This document shows positions 15,567 through 25,253 of a stretch of 64,000 bases of DNA, one piece after another (within the stretch, counting starts at the first letter, position 1; each line of letters starts with the position of its first letter). Origin of the DNA: a virus. Lineage: Duplodnaviria; Caudoviricetes. The notes beneath the pieces were generated by a model. That model saw only the letters and a program-made list of their open reading frames with translations, did not search any database and had not been told where the DNA came from. Position numbers and translations under genes: made by a program. Where the stretch lies: positions 1 to 64,000 of the IMG/VR virus record IMGVR_UViG_3300030433_001358. One strand, given 5' to 3'.

Positions 15567-17054
15567 ATGGCAGAAGAAAGAGAATTAAATTCTCCTCCTC
15601 TTACACAGGGGGATGAAAGTATCCCTCGTATTCGATTAGGTCAAATTTCTTATAATGGTCTAAACGTATTCGCTGGTAATGTTTATGAGAATTGCAACTC
15701 AGACCTTCGTTGGCCTAAAGCGATTTTCACATATAAAAAGATGGCACAAGATGCCACAATTGCCCCAGCCCTTTCTCTTGTTGAGATGGCTATTGCCCGA
15801 GTTCCTTGGACAGTCAAAATCCCAGAAGGGTATGAAGATGAGTTAAAGGACAAAGCTGAGTTCCTACGTCAATGTATGAATGATATGGACCATAGTTGGG
15901 GACACTTCATTCGTCAGTGTGTCACATTCAACCGTTACGGCTTTGCTGTTCACGAGAAAGTATATCGTAAACGTACAAAAGCTAAAGGTAGTAAGTACGA
16001 CGATGGGTTGATTGGTATTGCTTCTCTTCCACTAATTACACAAGACTCCATTGAATCTTGGGATTGGGATGAGAGTGGTCGCAATCTGATTGGTCTGTAT
16101 CAGTATAAGAACAAACCAACAGGGAAAGATGGTACTCAATATCTACAAGTCAATGATGACCAATGGATTAGAAAAGAGAAGTTCCTGCACTTCCGAAACA
16201 GTTATCTTAAAGATGACCCTGTAGGGATTTCACCTCTAGCTTCATGTTATGTTGCTTGGAAATATAAAACAGAGCTTGAGAAGTTTGAAGGGACTGGTGT
16301 AGCTAATGATGCTCGTGGTCTTAAACATCTTAAACTTAACCCTCGCTATCTAGACCCTAACGCATCTGAAGAAGATAAGCAAGTATTAGCTTATTATCAG
16401 AACATGCTTCGTAATCTCCACATGGGAGAACAGAGTGGTGTCATCACTCCCTCATTGAAAGATGAGAATGGTAAGGAGATGATTGCTGAGTTTGAATTGC
16501 TCGGTGTAGCTGGTAGTAAGGCGTATGATGTTACAGCAATCATTTCACGTTATCAGAAAGAGATTATTACATCTCTGATGGCTTCACAGCTTATCCTTGG
16601 TCAAGAAGGTGGTGGTTCTTTTAGTCTAGCAGAGTCACTTCAAGGTATCAGCGATATGGCTATTGAAGCTAAGCTGATTGAGATTAGAGAACAGCTAAAC
16701 CATGATCTTATCCCACAACTATTTTCGCTAAATGGTTGGGATGCATCTGTAACACCTTATTTTGAGTTTGGTGATCTTAAAACCCCCGATCTTGATGTGC
16801 TCTCTAAGTTTATTCAGCGTGTTGGGGCTGCTGGTATGCTTTCTCAAGATGCTGCTACTGTCAACTGGATTGCTGAACAAGCTAACATGCCAACACCTTT
16901 TGATGATGTAACTATCCCTCTAGAAGAAGTAAGAGAACAGCTCACAGGCTTTACGTCTAATGCTGGAGAAGGTATGGAAGAAGGTATGCCATCTGGTACA
17001 GGAGACGCTACAGGCGGTGGGGATCAGTCTACAGGAAACAGTGAGAACACTTAA
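15567..17054 (+). CDS. portal protein
   Basis: 495 aa directly after terL; DUF935-like portal features (GGGSFSLAE, LIPQLFSLNGW). Confidence 0.85.
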   Translation: MAEERELNSPPLTQGDESIPRIRLGQISYNGLNVFAGNVYENCNSDLRWPKAIFTYKKMAQDATIAPALSLVEMAIARVPWTVKIPEGYEDELKDKAEFLRQCMNDMDHSWGHFIRQCVTFNRYGFAVHEKVYRKRTKAKGSKYDDGLIGIASLPLITQDSIESWDWDESGRNLIGLYQYKNKPTGKDGTQYLQVNDDQWIRKEKFLHFRNSYLKDDPVGISPLASCYVAWKYKTELEKFEGTGVANDARGLKHLKLNPRYLDPNASEEDKQVLAYYQNMLRNLHMGEQSGVITPSLKDENGKEMIAEFELLGVAGSKAYDVTAIISRYQKEIITSLMASQLILGQEGGGSFSLAESLQGISDMAIEAKLIEIREQLNHDLIPQLFSLNGWDASVTPYFEFGDLKTPDLDVLSKFIQRVGAAGMLSQDAATVNWIAEQANMPTPFDDVTIPLEEVREQLTGFTSNAGEGMEEGMPSGTGDATGGGDQSTGNSENT

Positions 17055-18403
17055 TGGCACATGAATTAAAACTGCTGACTAAGAAACTCAATAACACACC
17101 ACATCTCATTGATCCTGTAAGTTTTCAAGGGATTGTTGATTACCTCTCAGATCGTAATGTCGGAGAGATGGTTATTGATTCAAAGTCAAAGAAGAAAGAA
17201 GATAAATACCTAAATTACAACCCTGACACAAAAGCAGGTGTTATCTCCGTAGAAGGTCCACTTACATATAAATCGACAGGCTGGGAAGCTCTGTGTGGTG
17301 GGTGTTCCTATGAATCTGTTGTTGAGCAATTCAACAGCATGGTTGATATGGGGGCTAAGACAGTCATTCTCTGGGCAGACTCTGGCGGTGGAGAAGCCTA
17401 TGGGATGATGGAAACTGGTCGGTACATGCGTAAACGTGCTAATGAGGCTGGTGTTAAAATCCTCACATACATTGACGGTATCTCCGCTTCCGCTTGTTAC
17501 GGTATTACTTGTATTGCAGATGAGGTTATCGCTAACCCGAATGCTGAAGTAGGTAGTATTGGTGTTGTTGTAAGGTTGATGAATGATTCTAAAGCCTTGG
17601 AACAAAAAGGCTATGAGCGCACCTTCGTTTATGCTGGTGGGAATAAAGTTCCTTTCAATGCAGAGGGTGAGTTTAGAGAGGACTTCCTTTCAGATATTCA
17701 ATCTAAAGTGGATGCCCTCTATGAAGAATTTACAGGCTATGTCTCAGAGATGAGGGGTATTTCTGTAGATCAAGTTAAGAGTACAGAGGCTAAAGTCTTT
17801 ATGGCTAAAGATTCTGTTCCCCTTGGCTTAGTTGATAAGTTGATGACCCACGAGGAGTTCATGGACTATCAAGCAGACTTTTCCAATAAGGAAACAAATA
17901 TGTTGTCAAAAACAAATCTATTCGGCATGAAGGCCGAGGATAATCTCAGTGAGGTAGAAATGAGTAAACTTGAGGAACTGCAAGCGCAGCACTCCGAACT
18001 TGAAGCAAAATTCAATGAACAGGGCGCTGAGCTGCAAGCTCAGGTAGAAAAAGTAGCCTCCCTGTCTGCTGAACTAAGTCAAGTACAAGAGCAACTGCAA
18101 GCAGCACTAGAAGAGAAACAAGCCCTTGAAGCATCCGCTGAAGAGCAAAAGGTGAATGCTCGTAAAGAGGCAATCAAAGCTGTTGAAGGTGATGTAGAAA
18201 AACAAGCTGCTCTCTTTGAAGCAACCGTCTCTCTTTCTGACGCAGCTTTTGAAACCATCGTTTCAAGCATGAAAGCTAAAGAAGAAAAACTAGAAGAATC
18301 CGATCTATTTACCCAGAAGAGTAAACAGATGGAAGTTGAAGAGCCGAAGGATGAAAACCCTACCGCCACTCTTCTGAAAACCAAGTACCAACCAAAACAA
18401 TAA
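17054..18403 (+). CDS. head maturation protease (S49) with C-terminal scaffold
   Basis: DSGGG, SASACY, GSIGV S49 motifs; C-terminal coiled coil. Confidence 0.85.
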   Translation: MAHELKLLTKKLNNTPHLIDPVSFQGIVDYLSDRNVGEMVIDSKSKKKEDKYLNYNPDTKAGVISVEGPLTYKSTGWEALCGGCSYESVVEQFNSMVDMGAKTVILWADSGGGEAYGMMETGRYMRKRANEAGVKILTYIDGISASACYGITCIADEVIANPNAEVGSIGVVVRLMNDSKALEQKGYERTFVYAGGNKVPFNAEGEFREDFLSDIQSKVDALYEEFTGYVSEMRGISVDQVKSTEAKVFMAKDSVPLGLVDKLMTHEEFMDYQADFSNKETNMLSKTNLFGMKAEDNLSEVEMSKLEELQAQHSELEAKFNEQGAELQAQVEKVASLSAELSQVQEQLQAALEEKQALEASAEEQKVNARKEAIKAVEGDVEKQAALFEATVSLSDAAFETIVSSMKAKEEKLEESDLFTQKSKQMEVEEPKDENPTATLLKTKYQPKQ

Positions 18404-18422
18404 TATATCGGAGATATAATAA

Positions 18423-18815
18423 ATGACTATTATCGCGACTGATACTGCGCGCCTTTCTAATCTGGTCAAGCATGAGCTGTGGCCTGAAACCGGCTACTGC
18501 CGTAAAATGCTAACCGTAAACGAAGCTGCTGCCAAAACTTATGTGGTTGGTACTGTACTTGGTTTTGATGGCACTGACTACAAAATCTCAGTAGAAACTG
18601 CTGTTGATGGTAGTGAAGTTCCTGCCGCTGTTGTTATGGCAGATTACAGCGTAGCTGCCACCACTGACACTCAAGTCCTGTGCCTTGTCAAAGGTCCAGC
18701 AGAAGTTAGTCAAGACGCTCTTGCTCTCGATGCATCTTTTGATGACGACACCAAGAAAGCTGCTGCTTATGCTGCTCTTGAAGCTCTCGGTATTAACATC
18801 CTGACTACTAACTAA
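18423..18815 (+). CDS. head decoration protein
   Basis: 130 aa between protease and major capsid gene; lambda-D-like position and composition. Confidence 0.7.
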   Translation: MTIIATDTARLSNLVKHELWPETGYCRKMLTVNEAAAKTYVVGTVLGFDGTDYKISVETAVDGSEVPAAVVMADYSVAATTDTQVLCLVKGPAEVSQDALALDASFDDDTKKAAAYAALEALGINILTTN

Positions 18816-18846
18816 GATAATAAGACTAATTAAAGGAAATATAAGA

Positions 18847-19884
18847 ATGCCAATTGTACGAGATTTTACTAATCCCTTTAACATTGCGGATTGGACTCAA
18901 GAGCTTCTGATTGTACCAAACCAGTACGGTAAGATTCAAGGTATGGGTTTGTTCTCTACCGAAGGTGTTTCTACCAACACTGTAACTTTTGAACAGATCA
19001 ACCAAACCATCGGTCTGATTGGTGACCGCCCTCGTGGTGAGCGTAACAACGTCTCCTCTGACTACAGCCGCCTGATCCGTTCCTACGCTCTGCCTCACTT
19101 CCCTCTGGATGACGCTATCAAGCCTGAAGATATTCAAGGTAAGAGTGCTTACGGCGGTGCTGGTACTGGTCAGCCTGAAGTTCTGGACATGGTTCGTGCT
19201 CGCAAGCTGGAGCGTATTCGTCGCTCTCATGCACAAACTCTGGAAACTGCTCGCGTTAAGCTGCTAACCACTGGTGATGTATATGCACCAAATGGTACTA
19301 TCGCTGGTAACTTCTACACCGATTTTGGTGTTACTCGTAAAGAAGTGGACTTTGATCTGGATACTGCTACCACTGAAGTTCTGCTGAAAGTAGAAGAAGT
19401 TGTTGCTCACATCCAAGACAACATCCTGTCCGGTGAAGTTGTAAACGAAGTTGTTGCCCTGTGCTCTCCCGAGTTCTTCAGCAAGCTCATCACCCATGCA
19501 TCCGTTAAAGACGCTTACAAGTTCTACGTCTCCACTCAAGAGCCTCTGCGTCGTGGTGGCCGTGAGATGGGTAGTGCTGGCGGTCTGGATCGTGAGTTTG
19601 TTTGTGGTGCTATCCGCTTTGTAGAATATCGTGGTTATGCTCCAGACGGTACTCGTTTCATTCCTGCAAACGATGCTTATTTCTTCCCGATGGGTACTAC
19701 TGATATCTTCAAAACCTACTTTGGTCCAGCCAACCGTTTTGAATTCACTAATACTATGGGTATGGAAGCATACGTCTTTGAGTATCGTAACCAAACCGAC
19801 ACCGAGATTCTGCTTCAGTCTGAATCCAACTTCCTGAACATCTGCCGTAAACCTGATGTTCTGGTTCGTGGTTATACCGCTTAA
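18847..19884 (+). CDS. major capsid protein
   Basis: 345 aa, lambda gpE-like family features (GLF..EGV, LPHFPLDD.I); strongly biased codon usage. Confidence 0.9.
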   Translation: MPIVRDFTNPFNIADWTQELLIVPNQYGKIQGMGLFSTEGVSTNTVTFEQINQTIGLIGDRPRGERNNVSSDYSRLIRSYALPHFPLDDAIKPEDIQGKSAYGGAGTGQPEVLDMVRARKLERIRRSHAQTLETARVKLLTTGDVYAPNGTIAGNFYTDFGVTRKEVDFDLDTATTEVLLKVEEVVAHIQDNILSGEVVNEVVALCSPEFFSKLITHASVKDAYKFYVSTQEPLRRGGREMGSAGGLDREFVCGAIRFVEYRGYAPDGTRFIPANDAYFFPMGTTDIFKTYFGPANRFEFTNTMGMEAYVFEYRNQTDTEILLQSESNFLNICRKPDVLVRGYTA

Positions 19885-19894
19885 TAAAGCTAAT

Positions 19895-19928
19895 GAGGGG
19901 CGGGGAGATTAGTTCTCCCCCTTCCTTA
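19895..19928 (+). terminator. probable terminator after the capsid gene
   Basis: GGGGAGA/TCTCCCC hairpin, weak T tail. Confidence 0.5.
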
Positions 19929-19943
19929 ATATAAGGAGTCCCT

Positions 19944-20396
19944 ATGGCTTTAACCCCAATCCAACAAGTTAGGTTGCTAATTGGCCTAACTGCCAGCAGT
20001 CCTTTTATTGACCTTGTTGATCTAACAGACGAAGAAATCCAATGGTTCTTGGATCATAATGGTGGGAGTGTTATTGCCGCTGCAAAGATGGCTGCTATTG
20101 CAGTATCTTTTCAGGTCACAGGAATAAATACCCGTGAAATCACGGGCGATATTCATGTGTATAATGACTTGTCAAGTCAATACCTAAAAGCACTGGATAA
20201 TTTCATCAAAGACGCTTCAGCGTATACTCTCCCTAACGGTCTTATGCCTTACGCTGCTGGGATTAGTTGGCAAGACGTTTGTGATAATAACAACACACCT
20301 GACAATGTAAGACCAGCGTTATCTAAGATTCAAGTTTGTGACGGGAAGGGATTGTTTTATTCTGATCCGTTTAACTCTGAATCTTGTGGTTGCTAA
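19944..20396 (+). CDS. head-tail adaptor
   Basis: Position after MCP; QVRLLIG...L.DEEI..FL motif. Confidence 0.7.
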   Translation: MALTPIQQVRLLIGLTASSPFIDLVDLTDEEIQWFLDHNGGSVIAAAKMAAIAVSFQVTGINTREITGDIHVYNDLSSQYLKALDNFIKDASAYTLPNGLMPYAAGISWQDVCDNNNTPDNVRPALSKIQVCDGKGLFYSDPFNSESCGC

Positions 20397-20884
20397 CCAT
20401 GATCACATCAGATAAGAGAGTGTGGGAACGTCTTAAAAAGAACTTCCTTAAACAAGAACAAACTAAATTGAACTTGGGTTGGTTTGAATCTGACAGGTAT
20501 GGTCCTGAGAATGACAACCTCCCTATGGCTCAGGTAGCTAAATGGAACGAGGAAGGTCACAACAACGGGGAAGGAAGTCTTGTTCCCGGTGCTGAAACTC
20601 CTCCACGTCCTTTCATGCGTGTAGGGCTTAGGAAAGAGCTTAAAGCTGGATCAAACGATAAAGAGTTTAAGAAGATTGTTCAAGCTGTTGCAGAAGGGAA
20701 GTCGGTATTCCAACCAATGCGTGAATCTGGTTCTGCCTTCAGAAGAACTTTACAAGAGACAATGATGAGGTGGGATACACCCCCTAACGCTGATTTCACT
20801 ATCGACCTAAAAGGTTTTGACGATCCGTTGTACCGCACAGGGCAACTTATTAGTAGTGTCGGATTTAAAGTAGGAGAAGATTAA
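20384..20884 (+). CDS. neck/tail completion protein
   Basis: GW....YG, A..NEEG, P.RPFMR, PN...T...KG.DDPL..TG.L motifs of this neck-protein family. Confidence 0.65.
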   Translation: MWLLTMITSDKRVWERLKKNFLKQEQTKLNLGWFESDRYGPENDNLPMAQVAKWNEEGHNNGEGSLVPGAETPPRPFMRVGLRKELKAGSNDKEFKKIVQAVAEGKSVFQPMRESGSAFRRTLQETMMRWDTPPNADFTIDLKGFDDPLYRTGQLISSVGFKVGED

Positions 20885-21246
20885 TGCTAAAACCAAAGTT
20901 TCTCCTAACTAAGAAAATCCCCCTCACTATCTACAGGGTTGGTCTTGGTAGTTGGGTGGATGGTAAGTGGGTGGAAGGAAGTGAAACACAGGTGCAAATT
21001 GAAGTAAACATCCAACCATTCAAAAACCATGAGTTGATGATGCTCCCTGAATCAGAGCGTTCCCGTAAGTGGTACAAACTCTATTCTGCTGATGAGATAC
21101 GCACTCTTAACGAAGGTGAGAATGGGAGTGATGAGTTTATCTTTGAAGGTGAGCGTTATCGTGTAATGTCCACTCGCAGGTTTTCTATGGGCACATTGGA
21201 TCATTGGAAGGCTACTGCTGCTAGAATCCCTCTTACTCCGAATTGA
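20884..21246 (+). CDS. head closure protein
   Basis: G.WV.GKW start, F.GERYRV; synteny. Confidence 0.65.
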   Translation: MLKPKFLLTKKIPLTIYRVGLGSWVDGKWVEGSETQVQIEVNIQPFKNHELMMLPESERSRKWYKLYSADEIRTLNEGENGSDEFIFEGERYRVMSTRRFSMGTLDHWKATAARIPLTPN

Positions 21247-21255
21247 GGATAATGA

Positions 21256-21789
21256 ATGACAATTTATTCCAACCTTGAGACGGCTGTAAGGAATGTTTGT
21301 TTGGTTGCAAATAACAACTATCCAAACATGCTGATGAATTTTTCTCACCAAGGGGGAAGTGAACCTGTAACATCTTATGCCTCTATTAACATCCTAGATA
21401 TGCAACAGATGGGTCATCACTCCACACCTGCACTAACAAACCAACTAAAACAACTTGATATTCGTGTTGCTTACGAAGTAATGGTTCAGATTAGCTTCTT
21501 TGGAACAGATGCTGGAGATGCTTCACATCTATTCACTAACGCTGTAAATAACAACCCTCTTGTTCTAGAAGCAATGCAACAAAACAATCTAGGATTGATG
21601 AGAAAGTCTACATTAAGACGTAATCCCCAGAAGAGGGATAGTCAGTGGGTAGATTCTTTCAATATAGATTTAACATTTAGCTATATCATTAACACAGCTC
21701 AACTCGTAGATGTTGTTGAAGCAGTGATAATTCAAGATGAGTATTCGGGGGATGTTTTTACAGTACCTCCTGATGCTGTAACCCCATAA
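21256..21789 (+). CDS. tail terminator/completion protein
   Basis: 177 aa immediately before the sheath gene. Confidence 0.6.
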   Translation: MTIYSNLETAVRNVCLVANNNYPNMLMNFSHQGGSEPVTSYASINILDMQQMGHHSTPALTNQLKQLDIRVAYEVMVQISFFGTDAGDASHLFTNAVNNNPLVLEAMQQNNLGLMRKSTLRRNPQKRDSQWVDSFNIDLTFSYIINTAQLVDVVEAVIIQDEYSGDVFTVPPDAVTP

Positions 21790-21810
21790 TAAAATAATAG
21801 GATAGTATAC

Positions 21811-23100
21811 ATGAGTGACTTGAATGACGTAGTTCAGGTGGTGATCTATGATCAGTCCACTGCTATCGCCACAACCTCTTTCTCAATTCCCCTAATTCTC
21901 TCTACCTTTACAGATTTCTCTGAGCGTACTCGCACTTATACCGGCATCACTGGTGTAGGTGAAGATTTCAGCTCAACGTCACCAGTGTACAAAATGGCAG
22001 AAAAGCTATTTGGTCAAGCTGGTGTTCTCGGGGCTATTCCTCCGAGCATTGTTGTTGGTCGTCGTCAAGTTGATGAAGTAACTATCACCCCGACAGTAGC
22101 TAACAACCAAACATATACAGTTACCTTGAACGGTGTTGATTACAATTATACCTCAGATGCTGATGCAACTGCTGCTGAAATTGCAACTGGTCTTGTAACA
22201 GCAATTGGTGTTGTTTCTGGTATTACTGTTACCGACAATACTGGTTCTCTGACTGTAGAGGTTACTACTCCCGGTGATGCTTGGAGTATTACTGTTTCTA
22301 GTAACCTAGTTAAAGTTGATACCACTCCCACTGAGACTTGGGTGGAAGCTCTTGAGGCTGTAGAGCAAGAGAATGACAGTTGGTATTGCCTTGTTTCTGA
22401 TGTTCAAACCACTGCTGATCAAGAAGCTCTTTCTGACGCTATTCAAGCTCGTGAGAAGATTTATGGTCTGAGTTCTGCTGATGCTGTAGCTCCCACCACT
22501 GGTACTACCGACATTGGTTATCTGCTTAACGCTAAGTCTGCCGCACGTACATTCGGTGTTTATTCTCCAACTGCTGCAACTGAATATCCAGAAGCTGCTT
22601 GGGTGGGTAGTCAACTAGCCGTAACTCCCGGTAGCAATGATTGGGATTTCAAACGGGCCAATGGTGTTACTGTTAGCAAACTAAGCTCCACTGCAATCAC
22701 CAACCTGAAAGCTAAGAGCTGGAACTACTACATTGCCAAAGCTGGTGTAAACATTTTCCAGAATGGTGATATGTTTGATGGTAAGCCAATCGACACGGCT
22801 GTAGGTAAAGACTGGCTGAAAGCACGACTGCAAGAAGCTGTGTATTTCCGCATGATTAACGTACTCAAGATTCCGCTGACTGATCCCGGTCTTCTGATTA
22901 TTGAGAATGAAATCCGCTCTGTAATGGCTCAAGCAGAGTCTAATGGTCTTGTTGACACTGGTTGGACTGTTTCTACTCCTCCTGTTTCAAGCATCCCTGA
23001 GAATCTTCGTGCTCAACGTACTGCCGGTGTGTTTGTTATCCGTGCCCGTCTTGCTGGTGCAGTTCGTAAAGTAGACATCGAAGTTTACCTTTCAGTATAA
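21811..23100 (+). CDS. tail sheath protein (DUF3383-like)
   Basis: 429 aa; G.DWLKARLQE, KIPLTD.GL..IE motifs. Confidence 0.85.
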   Translation: MSDLNDVVQVVIYDQSTAIATTSFSIPLILSTFTDFSERTRTYTGITGVGEDFSSTSPVYKMAEKLFGQAGVLGAIPPSIVVGRRQVDEVTITPTVANNQTYTVTLNGVDYNYTSDADATAAEIATGLVTAIGVVSGITVTDNTGSLTVEVTTPGDAWSITVSSNLVKVDTTPTETWVEALEAVEQENDSWYCLVSDVQTTADQEALSDAIQAREKIYGLSSADAVAPTTGTTDIGYLLNAKSAARTFGVYSPTAATEYPEAAWVGSQLAVTPGSNDWDFKRANGVTVSKLSSTAITNLKAKSWNYYIAKAGVNIFQNGDMFDGKPIDTAVGKDWLKARLQEAVYFRMINVLKIPLTDPGLLIIENEIRSVMAQAESNGLVDTGWTVSTPPVSSIPENLRAQRTAGVFVIRARLAGAVRKVDIEVYLSV

Positions 23101-23112
23101 TAGGAGAATAAA

Positions 23113-23649
23113 ATGGCAGTTATCGGAAATTACAGTCCAGACGACTACACAGTAGTTATCTCTGTTCCGGGTAAAAACTTCACTCACCGAATCACTGGGT
23201 TCTCTGAAGGAAGTTTCATTTCAATGGAACGTCTTGTTCCAACCTCAAGTGCATACCAAGGGGTCGGTGCAAAATCACAGGGTCGCGTGAAACGTAAAAT
23301 CACTTCTCTCTCTGTAACCATTACACTTAGTCAACTATCAAGCTCTAATGATGTGTTGCAAGCCTTGCAAGCAGCAGATGCCCAAGACTCTACAAGTAAT
23401 GAGTGGGTGTTTTCTTGCACTATGGCAGACCTCTCTGGTACTCATAAAGTATCAACCAATACGGCCATCATCCAAGCACCAGCTACTAAAGCCTTTGGTG
23501 ACACTATTGATAGCCGTGACTGGGTGATTCACATGTTTGACTCCAATGAAGAGGGTGGCGGTAACATGCTTCTCTCTGAGGCAGAAGTTGCATCTATTAC
23601 TGCTGCGGGCGGTACTGTAGACGACCGTTGGAAACTGAGCAATCAATAA
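23113..23649 (+). CDS. tail tube protein (DUF3277-like)
   Basis: Follows the sheath gene; NYSPDD start, ITLSQLSSSND. Confidence 0.75.
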   Translation: MAVIGNYSPDDYTVVISVPGKNFTHRITGFSEGSFISMERLVPTSSAYQGVGAKSQGRVKRKITSLSVTITLSQLSSSNDVLQALQAADAQDSTSNEWVFSCTMADLSGTHKVSTNTAIIQAPATKAFGDTIDSRDWVIHMFDSNEEGGGNMLLSEAEVASITAAGGTVDDRWKLSNQ

Positions 23650-23651
23650 AT

Positions 23652-23671
23652 AGAGGGGAGAAATCCCCTCT
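23652..23671 (+). other. GNRA-capped hairpin after the tail tube gene (terminator or mRNA stabiliser)
   Basis: AGAGGGGA-GAAA-TCCCCTCT with no long T tract. Confidence 0.4.
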
Positions 23672-23687
23672 TACAAGGAGTATATGA

Positions 23688-24182
23688 ATGTTTAATTACG
23701 CTCCTGATGAAGTGAATGTAGTTGTTGCTGGGTTTATTCCTTTAGTCGGTTTTGTTGACGGAACATTTATTGAGATTAGTAAAGATGTTCCTCCGTTCAC
23801 TTCAAACACCACATCAGATGGATTTGTAAGTAGGGTGTATAACAACAGTCCTGTGTATACTCTAAAGATCACGTTGATTGCTGCTAGTAATTCAAATCAA
23901 GTGATGGACAAGTTGTGGAAGATTGATCAGATTACACAAAAGGGAAAGTTCCCTATTATCATTAAAGATCAATCTGGTAGTGATTTGTTTTTTAGCACTA
24001 CAGCTTGGATTGAAGACCCACCAAACATGGTTAAAGGTACGACCATTGAAGGTAATGTTTGGACATTGAAGTGCAGCCAAGCAATTATCAACTTTGGTGG
24101 TAATGAGGAAGTATCGTCTCTTGTAGATGATCTGGCTAATGCTGCTATTGCTTCATTACCAATTCTTGAGGGGATTATTTAA
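23688..24182 (+). CDS. tail tube-like paralog
   Basis: NYAPDEV start, ITL...SNSN, F.STTAWI, similar to 23113-23649. Confidence 0.65.
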   Translation: MFNYAPDEVNVVVAGFIPLVGFVDGTFIEISKDVPPFTSNTTSDGFVSRVYNNSPVYTLKITLIAASNSNQVMDKLWKIDQITQKGKFPIIIKDQSGSDLFFSTTAWIEDPPNMVKGTTIEGNVWTLKCSQAIINFGGNEEVSSLVDDLANAAIASLPILEGII

Positions 24183-24667
24183 TGGCTCAAATGCAAGTCA
24201 CTACATACAGCCCTCAAGACGTTAAGTTGGTGATTGGTGGATACACTATTGTAGGGTGGGATAGTATTACAATCTCGCGTCTACAAGAGACATTCAAAGT
24301 GATTAGGGGGATTAGGGGGAAACATACAAGGGTGAGTAGTGGGGATACATCAGCTACCCTCACTGTTAGTCTTGTTCAAACATCCCCTAGTAATTCATTC
24401 CTCACAGAGGTTCATCGTCTTGATGAAGAAAGAGGAACAGGACGACTAGAACTTACGCTGAAAGATAATTCTGGAACAAGTGTGTTTAACAGTAATGAGG
24501 CTTACATTGTAAGCTATCCAGAAGCTACAAATACTGCTGGAATTGAAATGCGTAATTGGAATATCTTTTGCCAGACAACAGGAAGTTATGTTGTTGGCGG
24601 CAATACCAAAGCAGAGACAACTATTGTAGATGCTTTGGCTGGTGTTATTGGTGGTAACATTTTTTAA
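24182..24667 (+). CDS. tail tube-like paralog
   Basis: TYSPQDV start, VSLVQTSPSN. Confidence 0.65.
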   Translation: MAQMQVTTYSPQDVKLVIGGYTIVGWDSITISRLQETFKVIRGIRGKHTRVSSGDTSATLTVSLVQTSPSNSFLTEVHRLDEERGTGRLELTLKDNSGTSVFNSNEAYIVSYPEATNTAGIEMRNWNIFCQTTGSYVVGGNTKAETTIVDALAGVIGGNIF

Positions 24668-24691
24668 TTTTCTATTTTATCCGAGGTAAAT

Positions 24692-25021
24692 ATGAGTAAG
24701 ATTGATTTGAGCAGTATTGCTCTCGATCAAGATGAAGTTGAGGTTGATGGTGTAGTGTATATGCTCACTGCCCTCCCTGCAACAGAAGGCTTGAAGTTTC
24801 TTGAACAATATCAAGAACAGCTAGATACAGGTAAAGTTGATCTGTCTGTGATGAAACATTTAGTATGTAAGTCAGTGACAAAAGATAATAAAGTTATCTC
24901 TGACAAGACTTTTGACGTAATGTTCGCTCGTAAGCTGGGTCATCTTCGTAATCTATTCCAAGAGATTCTTCAGTACAACTTTAGCGACATTTTCGGAACG
25001 AGCGATGGAGACGAGGAGTAA
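24692..25021 (+). CDS. tail assembly chaperone (G-like)
   Basis: 109 aa upstream of the tape measure gene. Confidence 0.7.
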   Translation: MSKIDLSSIALDQDEVEVDGVVYMLTALPATEGLKFLEQYQEQLDTGKVDLSVMKHLVCKSVTKDNKVISDKTFDVMFARKLGHLRNLFQEILQYNFSDIFGTSDGDEE

Positions 25022-25251
25022 GTCCATCGCCAAGACACCCATCTCCTCTTGAAAAAGATATTGAAAATAAGTTTTCCCAACGATGGGAAATCTATAGGGT
25101 GGTTACACACGAGCTTGGTGGTTTGCATCTACTTCCGTTGTTTAGTACGTCAATATCTGTAAAGCAGTTGTTTGACATATTAGAAATCATTGAAGTCCAC
25201 GATGCCTTGAAAGAACAAGCATACGAAAAAGCTAAAAACAATAAGGGTTAG
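24994..25251 (+). CDS. -1 frame extension of the tail chaperone (GT-like), no own start
   Basis: 85 open codons in the -1 frame overlapping the chaperone end and stopping 2 nt before the tape measure ATG; not in the ORF track. Confidence 0.7.
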   Translation, partial: RNERWRRGVSPSPRHPSPLEKDIENKFSQRWEIYRVVTHELGGLHLLPLFSTSISVKQLFDILEIIEVHDALKEQAYEKAKNNKG

Positions 25252-25253
25252 TC

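Noticed and set aside
20384-20884. RNA polymerase label that I recall being attached to similar proteins in some related annotations
   Set aside because: 166 aa, no polymerase motifs, and it lies among neck genes
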